Positions 44,401 to 54,845 of a stretch of 64,000 nt of DNA are shown here, piece by piece. Positions within the stretch are counted from its first letter, which is position 1. Each line of letters opens with the position of its first letter. The position numbers and the translations under genes were made by a program. The DNA is from Cyanophora paradoxa CCMP329. Lineage: Eukaryota; Plantae; Glaucophyta. The notes beneath the pieces were generated by a model. That model saw only the letters and a program-made list of their open reading frames with translations. It ran no database searches and was not told where the DNA came from. Location of the stretch: the NCBI GenBank assembly GCA_004431415.1, contig QPMI01000100.1, positions 1 to 64,000 of the forward strand, in the 5' to 3' direction.

Positions 44401-47400
44401 ATGCGGGTGATGCCTATGCCGAGCGCTCCAGCGAGCGGTCAGGTGCAGTCCGGCCGCGGAAGCCCGCCGAGGAGCTCTTTCGACAGCGACGACTCGACCA
44501 GCGTCAGCTTCGGTGCGCAGTGCGCGGTCGATTCGCACGGCAGAGCTGACGCGAAGGCGACCGCAGCGAGGGAGCCGGTGGTCATGATGCCGCTTCCGCC
44601 GGACGCAGGCTCCTTCTACACGTCGAGCTCGCCGCAGCCCGACGCCATCGCGGCCCTCACATCCTTCCTCGGGCCGCGCGTGGTTCAGATTCCCCTGGCG
44701 GAGCCCGAGTCGCCCGCGCTCGAGGGCGCGGAGGAGATCGAGCTGCCAGCAGAGGCGGAGCGGCCGCCGATGAGCCCGCGCTCCGGGTCGCGCTCGAACC
44801 GCCGGGCCTCGGTGCTCGCGGCGGGCGAGGCGAACCTCGGGTCGCCCCGCGGGGTCGCAGAGCGCAGCTTCCCAATGGCTCTCCCGCAGACGAACCCGAA
44901 GGGACGCGATGGGGCGCCGGCGACGGTGCGCCCGTCGCCTCCCCTTGCGCCCCCGCGCCCGCAGCCGATTCTACGCCCCGCGCAGCCGGCGGGACGGGGA
45001 GGCCGCAACCGGGCGAACTCGCTTCTCGCTCATTTCTTCCAGCAGCAGCCGTCGGGTGCCGCCATGGCCGGCGGCGTCATCTTCTCCATCCGTGCGCCCA
45101 GCCCGGCCGCCCGGCCCGGCCCGGCCCGGCCCGGCCCGGCCCGGCCCCGTTTCGAACTCCCCGCGAAATCCTGACGAAGAAAGGCAGGGAATCTGCACAT
45201 CGGGACGGCGCCGGCGGAGGAGTCTGCCCTGGAGCGGGCGCGGCGCCTCCTGAGGGAGGAGCGCGGGGCCGAGGCTCCGCGTGAGGTCATCCGCGACTTC
45301 TCCGCAGTCATTCGGGTACCCCTTTCCGTAGCGCAACGCACCGTACCCCCCTGAAGCGAACGAACGCGCGCGGCAGGGAGGGGAGATGTGGCTCCTGATG
45401 GGCCCGCCCGGTTCTGGCAAATCCAGCCTGCTCCAGACGCTGGCGGGGCGGTCCCGGCTGCTGGGCCTCCGGTACCGTGGCGAGATGACGCTCAATGGGG
45501 ACTCGCCCCGCCAGTGCCACTGGCACCGCCGCGTGGGCCTCGTCGAGCAGCAGGACGCCCACTTCGGTGAGCGAGCGTACCCCCCGAGACCTCTTCCCCC
45601 CACCTCGTCCCCCCTCCACCTCTTCCCCTATCCCACCTCTTCCCCCTCCACCTCTTCCCCCCCCCCCCCCTTCTGACTCCCTACCCCCCAGCGACGCTCA
45701 CGGTGCGGGAGACGGTGGCCTTCGCGGTGCGCTGCCGCCTGCCGGGCCGCCCCTCGGAGCAGGAGATCGCCGCCCGGGTACGCGGTTTTCGATTCGAATT
45801 TGAACCCGTCGTGACGTCGGGGTACGAAGGTTGCGCTCGCGCTGGAGATCACGGGCCTGGCCCACGTGGCGGATTCGATCGTGGGGAGCCAGGAGCTCCG
45901 GGGCGTGAGCGGCGGCGAGCGCCGGCGCCTCTCGGTCGCCGTCGAGGCCGTCATCGGATCGCCCGTCCTGCTCCTGGACGAGCCCTCGAACGGCCTGGAC
46001 GCCGCCGCCACGCTCGAGCTCTGCGGCGCGGGGCGCGCCCTCGCGGACACCGGCCACGCCGTCGTCATGAGCCTGCTGCAGCCCTCGCCCGAGGCCTACG
46101 CCCTCTTCGACAAGCTGGTTCTGCTCTCCGGGGGAGAGGTCCTCTACTGCGGGCCGGCGGGGGACGCCCCCGCCGCCTTCTTTGAGGCCCTGGGGTACAG
46201 GCGGCCCCCGAGCACCCCGGTCCCCGACTTCCTCTCGGTGCGCCCCTACCCCCCTTCTGCTCCCCCCCCCGCTTGCTAACTAACCCTTCTCAGTTCGTGA
46301 CGGAGCCGGACGGGCGCCGCTTCTTCTTTGAGGCGGCCCCCGCCCCGCCTTCCTCGCCCTCGAAGCCGCCGCCTGTTGCGGTCCTCCCGCCCTCGCCGCC
46401 CTCCCGGGCCCCCTCGCCCTCGCCCTCGCCCTCGAAGCCATCGCGGGCCGCCTCGCCGGCCCCCCCTCCCTCGGACCGGCGGGGCTTCGCGGGGGCCTCG
46501 AACTCTCGGGCCCCCTCGCCCTCGCCCTCGGCCCCCCCTCCTTCCTCGGCCCCGCCCTCGGCCTCGGTGCCGCTGGACCGCCGCGGCTTCGCGGAGGCGT
46601 ACCGGGCCTCGGCCCTCTACTCCGAGCTGGGGCGCGAGCTCTGGGCCGCCGGCGACGAGGTGCCCGCTTCTGCTTAGATCAACAGCGCTGCTCGAGCTGC
46701 TCGAGCTGGTCGAGCTGATAAATCTTCGAGCCCCGTTTCATCCTCTCCAAATCTTCGAGATCCTACTACTCTAGACTTCGCCTAAGATTAAGCTTCCGGC
46801 GGCTGTTCTAAAGCTTAGGCAGCTTGAGCCATAAGCCTCACTATTCTCTTCAAATCTGCTTAAGCCGCCTAAGTTTCAGCTTCCGGCGGCCGTTCTGACC
46901 GGTGCCTCCCTTCCCCTCGCGCCCAGGTGCGGCGGATGTCGCTGCCGGAGGTCTCGGAGCTGGACGCGGCGCCCTTCGCGGCCCCCGCGGCCACCGAGCT
47001 CGCCCTCTGCCTCGCCCGCCAGGCCCGCCTCCTCCTCCGCGCCCGTGTCGCCTTAGCCTTCCGGTGCGCCCCGGGCCCGCCTGCTTGTATTCTCATAGCT
47101 TCCTTAAGATCCTTAAGATATCCTAAGTTATCTCCTTTGCTCAGCTTAAGCCCTAACTAAGCCCAATAAAGATATTCTTTAGAAAGGCGAGGCGCACCGG
47201 CCCTTAAGCCCTCCTCCGCGCCCGCGTCGCCCTCGCCTTCCGGTGCGCTTATTGGTCTCTCTTAGCTTCCTTAAGAACCTTAAGAAGATATTCCAAGATA
47301 TCTCGTTGGCTTCGTTTGATACCTTAAGAACTTAGGCCCTTAGCTTCCCTTTGAAAACCCGTTAAGATATCCTTTAGATCCCCTGAGATCCTTTAGACGT

Positions 47401-50400
47401 TTTTTTCTTAGCTCGGCTAAGCTTATCTTCCTTTCCCTCTATCAGGTTCTTCCAGGCGGTGGCGCTGGGCTTCCTCCTGGGCACGCTCTTCTGGAGGACG
47501 GGGGGTACCCCCGAGGGCGCCCTCCTCCGCCTCTCTGTCCTCTTCTTCGGCACCGCCGGCCTCGCCTGGGTGCGCCGCGCCTTCTTACATTCTATAACTA
47601 GCTTCTCTCAGCTTTCTTAAGATCCTTTTCAGAGATCTAGCTCTCTAATCTCGAAGCTCTCTTAGCCCCTCTCTGCTTCCGTGAGACCCTCAAGATTCTT
47701 CCTCTTAGCTGTCCTCCTTCTTCTCCGCACCTTCTTATATCTTATTTCTTAAGGTTAATGGTAGCTTATGCTTAAGATACGTGACCTAAAGCTTCTCCGT
47801 CCTCTTCTTCGGGATCGCCGGCCTCGCCTGGGTGCGCCGCCGCGGCCTCGCCGGCCTCGCGCCTTCTTGGCTTCTCGTGGCTTCTCGTGGTCTCTCTTAG
47901 CTTCCTTAAGCTTAAGATACTTAAGCGTAAGCTTAAGATCCTTAAGCGTAAGCTCGAGCTCAACTTAAGCTCAAGATCCTTAAGCCTAAGCTCAAGATCC
48001 TTGAGCTTCTCCTCTCTTAGCTTCCTCCCCCAGGTCGCCACGGCCGCCGTGCCCCGGGCCTTCGCCGAGAGGGCGCTCTTCTACCGCCAAAGAGAGGCGG
48101 GGTACTTCCGCACGTACACGGTGATCCCGTACCCCCTTACTCTTACATTCGCGTACCCCCCTTCTTACCGTTTCGTTTCTGTAGTACTTTCTGGCGCACG
48201 TGGCCCACGAGGCGCCCGTGTTCGGACTCGAGGCGCTCCTCTTCTCCGCCCTCGCGTACTGGGTGCGGTACCCCGTACCCCCCACCTTAATCAATCTTGC
48301 CCGTACCCCCCTTAATCTTGCCTGCCTAGGGAGCCGGGTTCTCGCCGGCGGACGCCGGGGCGCGGTTCGGCGTCTTCGTCGCCGGCTGCTTCCTCGCGCG
48401 GGTCGCGGCTGACGCGACGCTGCGGGTCCTCTGCGCCTGGCTCCCCGACGCGCGCACGGCGGGGGCCGTCGGGCCAGCCACCCTCCTCGTCTTCATCCTG
48501 TTCTCTGGGTGCGAGGGATTGCTCAGATTTGATTTGATTTGGTTCGGGGCGGCGCGTCTGATGGCCAGCAGGTTTCTGGTCCCGCGGGACTCGATCCCGC
48601 GCCCCTGGATCTTCATGCACTACCTGAGCCCCCTCTCGTACCCCCTCGAGGCCCTCGCCGTCAACGAGCTCCGGGGTACGGCCGCGGGCGCCCCCGTGCT
48701 CGCCCTATTCGGGTACCCCGACGAGCCCTCGGCCGTCTCGCGGTCCCTCGGGATCGCGGCCGCCTTCTGCGTGGCACTGTACGCCCTCGCCGCCGCGCTT
48801 CTCGACCGGCGGCGGCCGCGCCCGTCCCGGCCCCGCGCCCCTCGCCCCGCTTCTTCCGCCCAGAAGGCGCCCCTGATTATGACCAACCGCTCGTTGCGGG
48901 GCGGACCCTTGCAATCGCCGGCGGCGGCGTGGGCCGACGAGCCGGCCGGCCTCGAGCTCTCGTCGGCATCATTCTCTTCTACGAATTCGAAGTTGAATTC
49001 GAAGCTCCCGGCAGCAGCCGAAGTTGTGGTGGACCCCGAGGCCGGAGTCGCCGTACCCCGCGCTGGGGGGGAAGAAGAGGAAGAGGAAGGGGCGCTGGCG
49101 ATCCGGACGGGCCCGGCGGCGACTCCGGGCCACCTGGCCTTCGCGGACCTCTCCTACAGCGTCCCCGCCAAGGGCGGCGCCGGAGGCGAGCGGGCGCTCC
49201 TCACGGGCGTGTCGGGCTTCGTCCGCCCCGGTGAGATGCTGGCGCTCATGGGGCCCTCGGGGGGGGGCAAGACGACTCTGCTGGACGTGCTGGCGGGGCG
49301 CAAGACGGGGGGGAAGATCTCCGGGGGGGTACTCCTCAACGGGCGCGAGAGGGACGCCTCCTTCCGCCGCCTCACCGGCTACGTCGAGCAGGTGCGGGCG
49401 CGGCTCAGATCCGATCTGATCTGATCTGACCTGATCTGATCTGATCTGATCTGATCTGATCTGATCCGCAGTTCGACCTGCTGCTGGAGACGCAGACGGT
49501 GCGGGGGGCCGCCCAGCCCTGCGCTCAGATCAGATCCGATCTGATCTGATCTGATATCTGATCCGATCTGATCCGCTCAGGTTCGAGAGGCGGTCCAGTT
49601 CTGCGCCCTGACGCGCCTCCCCGCCTCCCTCCCGCGCCGCTACAAGCTCGCCGCCGTGCCCCCTCCCCTCCCCTCCCCTCCCCTCTCCTCTTCTTCGTCA
49701 TCTAATCAACTCCTCCTAGGCCGAGGGCGCACTGAAGGAGCTGCAGCTGGCGGGCCAGGCCTCCCTGCCCCTCTCCGCCGCCTCGTTCGAGCTGCGGAAG
49801 CGCGCGACGATCGCCATGGAGCTCGTCTGCGGGCCCGCCGTCCTCTTCCTCGGTGCGTGCGGCCTGCGCCGCGGCGCCCGTGGCTCCTGGAGGGCACCCG
49901 ACTCGTGAATAATAAACTCTGCCGTCCTCTTAACTTCCTGCTGGACGCAGACGAGCCGACGACGGGGCTGGACGCCCCCGCCGCCGCGAACATCGTCCGC
50001 TGCCTCCGCCGCCTCTGCCGCACCCGCCGCGTCGCCGTCGTCTGCACGTGCGCTCCGAACTCTTGCTCAATCATCATCTTTTATCCAAAACCTAATGATC
50101 TTCCCCAGGGTGCACCAGCCGTCGGCGGAGCTCTTCTGCTCCTTCGACTCGCTGCTGCTCCTCCAGCGGGGCGGCCGCGTGGCGTACTTCGGGGGCGTCG
50201 GCCCCGCCGCCCGCCGGCCCCTCGCCCACTTCGAGGCCCTCTGCGGCGAGGAGTGCGCCCCGGGCCGAAACCCCGCGGGTACGTCCGGTCGCATCTCCTC
50301 CCTCTCTCTTTCACACTAGCTCACCTTTCCTCGAAAGATTTGTCTTATCTGTCTTTCTCACTAGCTCACTAGCCTTGTCTTATCTGTCTTTCTCACCAGC

Positions 50401-51657
50401 TCACTGTGCCTTTCTGATCTTTGTCTTATCTGTCTTTCTCACTAGCTCACCTTTCCTCGAAAGATTTCTTGCTGGAGGTGGTCCAGGGGAAGCGCGGGGC
50501 CGGGGCCGGCGACTGCGCCGCCGCCTTCGCCGCCTCGCCCCTTGCCGCCGCCGCCGCCGCCGAGCTCGACGCGTGCGCCCTCCCCCCCCGCTCCCCCGTC
50601 CCCAGCTCCCCTCCGACCCTAGCGCCTTATCCATCCATCCACCCATCCTCCGATCCTGCCCTCCATGCGCCTGATCCATGCTGCAGGGCTGCCGTGGAGG
50701 CCGCGGCCCGCGCGCCCGGCGGGGATCGGCAGGCGCCCCTCGGGCCGCACGCGGTCCCCGCGACGACGCAGCTGCGCGAGTGCGCGGCGCGGGCGTACCG
50801 CAGCCTGCGGCGGCGCCCCGCCGTCCTCCGCGCCCTCCTCCTCCGCTCCCTCCTCGTCGCCGCCGTGATGGGTACACTGTTCTTCTCCGCCCGCGAGGAG
50901 GGACCTGTGCGCGCACCCTTCCCTCTCCTTACACCCAACCCTCACCTCCCCTCAGAACGCGCCGCGGACGCGGACGGCCCTGCTCTTCACCGCGCTGACG
51001 TACCTCGCGCTGGGCGCCCTCGGATCGATCCCGGGGAGGGTGGAGGAGCGCGCCGTCTTCTACAGGGAGGCCGCCCAGGGCTCCGTCCGCCCCGCGCCCC
51101 AGGCCCTCGCCTGGCTCGCCGCCGAGGCGCCCCTCTCGGCCGCCTGCACTCTCCTCTTCTCCCTCGTCCTCTACTTCGCGGCCGGGCTCGACCCCGCCCG
51201 GCTCCCCTTCTTCCTCCTCGTCATGGTGGTATTCGCCTGGGAGATGGACGCGTGCGCCTTGTACCCCCAACTTAAAAGTAACTCTGTACCCCCCCTAATG
51301 TCAAGCAGGATGATGGGCCTGTTCGCGGCGGCGTGCCCCTCGGCGGAGGCGGCCGGCGTGCTCGCGCCGACTGCCATCGCGGCCCTCTGCGCCTTCGCAG
51401 GCTTCCTCGTGCCCGAGGGGTCCATGCCGGCCCCCTGGCGCTGGGCGTACCGCGCCAGCCCTTGGTCCTACGCCCTCGAGGCCCTCGCCGCCCCCGAGCT
51501 GGCGGCCCTGGGCGCCCCAGGCGGGGCGGCCCTCGCGGCCCTCGGCCTAAGGACGGACGCCGCCTGGCAGAATGTGGCAGTGGGCGCCGCCTTCGCTGTG
51601 GCCTTCCGCGCCGCCGAGTGCCTCGCCCTCGCCCAACTCCGCCACCTCAAGCGCTAG
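44401..51657 (+). CDS. Full-size ABCG / PDR-type ABC transporter (NBD-TMD)x2
   Basis: NBD1: GPPGSGKS, VSGGERRR, LLLDEPSNGLD. NBD2: GPSGGGKT…LAGRKTGG, degenerate signature SFELRKR, LFL|DEPTTGLD, HQPS, NPA|DFLLEV. Both TMDs carry ERALFYRQ/ERAVFYRE. Confidence 0.94.
49406..49575. repeat. (ATCTG)n pentanucleotide microsatellites filling two ABCG introns
   Basis: gatctgatctgatctg… runs here; similar runs at 13955-13985, 28830-28990 and 62915-62945. Confidence 0.9.
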
Positions 51658-52250
51658 TTGCAACTGTTCATAGTTTTTCTGCGTGCAGGGTACAGACTCT
51701 AGATTTAAGAGAGACCGTACTTGCAAGCAATTGTGCCATTAATTGAATTACTAAAGTAACAGGCCAGGCTACCGTAGTACGTACACAGCACCCCACAAGA
51801 AATACAAGTACAGCACCCCACGAGAAAGTTTGAATACTCTCAGATCCGAAAAGTTCACGGTTGATCATCATCGGATATCCGGATCATGAATTTCAAAGTT
51901 CAACGGTTTCAAGTTTAACTTACAACAACAAAATTAACAGCCGTGTGCCGGCGCCGGCGCCTGGCGACATTAACAGCCGTGCACCTGCAGCTGGCGTCTT
52001 ATCATGCAGCTGGCGTCTTATCATGACATATCATGACAACACCCAGACAACACCCAACACCAACATCAGCCTGACAGCTCGCGATCGATCTATAGGTTAA
52101 CATTCAAAGTCGCAATTGGGCTTCCGAAGTTCACATAATTATTGCAAATCATGATCTTCTACAGAAAAGAATGGCATTATCTTCAGTAAACACGTGTCCA
52201 TTGATCTAAGAAGCTCTTGTGAAGACTGTATTGTCTGCACAAAGTTTCGA

Positions 52251-54373
52251 TTAGCTGAAAAACTTTTGAAAGTCGAAAACAAATCCTCGAAAATAAACAC
52301 GGAACCTTTGGAGCAAAGAGAGTAGGACATCGATCTTCCAATATCTTTTTCCACTGATGTCTTCTTTCAATATCGTATGATGAACTCCAATGTGCTGCAC
52401 TCGGATTTTCTCGCTGATGATTGGAGGATGGATGAGTCGTGCCCATGAAAAGTAAACGAAGCCTTGGAAGACCCATTCTGGTAACATTGTTTGGCACTTC
52501 ATAGGACACACGTTTTGATCCACGTGCACTTTGTGTGAATTCGTACGGGGGACAAAGTGCAGACGGATGATGGACATCTGCTTGCAGACTGATGTGGAGT
52601 GCCTTGAGCGTGTAAGTCTGCACTTCGTCTCCACAGGCAGCAATGGCAGGCCAAACGTAATGGCCAGCCACAGGGTGATATACATGTCGTACATGTTTGC
52701 CAGGCTGGCGCCTGCTCTGGATTTCAAAAGTGCTTTCTGAGTCCCTCCCCAGACCACTGAGAGCAAGCTTAACAAGCGTCTGTGCATGAATCAGTGACAG
52801 CTTAACAAGTGTCTGTACTTTAAATGCTCACTGCAAGGAGAGCGACTGTGCAGCCGTGCTGGCCTGACAACTGGAGCGCTTGAATGGGTCGTTGCTTGCG
52901 TGTTGTAAATAAGAATGGTGAGGTATTAATACAGATCAAATCTGAGCAGAATGGTGAGGTATTAATACAGATCAAATCTGAGATATATAAAAAACCTGCG
53001 AGAATTTAAAAAGCAGACACCTCCAGTGTGTACAACAAAGTCAAAGGATGCTCCGAAAATCTCTTGGTCATTATCTCCTCCATCACCACAGATAAAAGCT
53101 CCAAGACGCTTCTGAGTTGCACGATTCCAAGAAGCCGCAAAGAGCTGATCTCCAGCCACACCAGTAGCACCATAGAGCTTTGTATGAGTTCCACGCCCGT
53201 AGCCCATAGGTTCCTATGCAGCATGCATATGTTATTGTGTGCACAGGCTCCTGTTTCTATAGGCTGCAGTCTTTGAACCTGCAGAATCAGGAGGAGTTTG
53301 CATGTAGGCAGTAGATTTGCTTGTATGATGATGTTGAGGTGAGCGAATGCAAGAGTGAGACGAGGACAAATTTCCCAGATCAAACTGGTCATCTCCATGT
53401 CATCTGCTACTGTTGACAGAAGAAAATTCAAGCTTTGCCAAAGAATATTCACTGCGTGCACATTCTCATTATCAACATTGAAGTTCCCATGAAAATCATA
53501 CGTCCGGAATTCTGGATGGTCCGGAAAAGAAACCCGAAATCTGACTTGATCTGGCAAATCCAAACCCTTGGCAGCCTGTTCCAAGATTTGTCGATTGCTT
53601 GGGGTGAACAGGTGTCTTGTTCTGCATGTATCTGCACATGGTCCAAGAGCACCAGCCAAGAAGTCCCGACTACAAACTTGAGTTTTTTTGTCCTCATCTT
53701 CTTTCTCACCAAGAAGCCTAGCGGTCCATTTTTGAGTGCTACAAATTGATTGAAGCAAAAATGGAGCCTCACCCGTTCTCTTTGTACACAACATGAAGAA
53801 ACCTCAGCATAAGCAGTTTTGTGTTGAGTTGGGCTTCTTTTGTTGCTAGCAAGAATTCAACATTGCCTGAAATCTCAGCAACACGTTGATCAATACTCTC
53901 CAGCAGCATGCCAAAGGCAGTGTTCCACGCATCAAGTAAAGGAGTTTTCCGGCGATCAGACTCAGCAGCAGCAAGAGTGCTCTGCAGACCAGCAACCAGT
54001 TTCTTGACATCGTCATTGATGGTAAACTGGACATTGTTTTCCTCCGTGGCCGCCGTGGCATTCACATCCCCTTGATCATGAGCGGCTGTGATCTCCATCA
54101 TTGCAAGTTCGATTGCGAGCAGGAGGCTGACATGGCCTGTGATGACTTCGAAAAGTTGATGATCCATCCTTTTTAACGCCCGGAGCCCTAGAAGAACTAT
54201 GTTGGGATAATGAGTTGTAGGCTCGGCGACTTCAGCTGCAGCTGTGCCGAGGTGTACTTCAGACATTTGCATGTGTCGGATGAAAAGCACGACTAAGAAG
54301 AAGCACCATGTAGTATAGATTTTAGCGCCATGCAAGCTTTTCGTAGCAAATTCTCGCTGGGGACTTGTTCCAT
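52251..54373 (-). CDS. Orphan spliced protein in a low-GC island
   Basis: MEQVPSENLLRKACMALKSILH|AAAEVAEPTTHYPNIVLL…YKENG|TQKWTARLL… joins ORFs 53769-54335 and 53006-53794 in frame through GT-AG introns. ORF 52251-52787 is probably the 3' part. No domain recognised. Confidence 0.6.
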
Positions 54374-54845
54374 CTGACGTTGACTGGGAACGGTGTTTTG
54401 GTGACCAGAGGACGCTGCAGTACGTGCAGGTGTTTTGCTGATGATGATGCTCAGCGCCGCCGGCGGCGGCCGGCCGCTGTTGCGCTAGTGCTCAGCGGCC
54501 GCGATCCGGAGCGCGCGGACCGGACGTGCCACGCGTACGTCGATCCGGGGCGCGCGGATCGGGGGTTCGCATACGTGCCACGGTGTGTCTGCTTATATTG
54601 CCTGCAGACCGTCGGACGTCCACGGTCGACGTCGACGCAGCTGCAGATCCAGATCGCAGTACCCCTCCGGAAGCTAGCTCAGCGGCTAGCGCTAGCGCTC
54701 AGCGGCTAATGCAACACATATGCATGCAATAATCCTGTGCAGAAAAACACTGCATACAGAAATCTACATGTCTAGATGGATCCGGAGGAGGGCAGAATCG
54801 GGAGGACAGGGGAAGGGCTACGGCTGCAGCTGTGGCTATCGCTCG

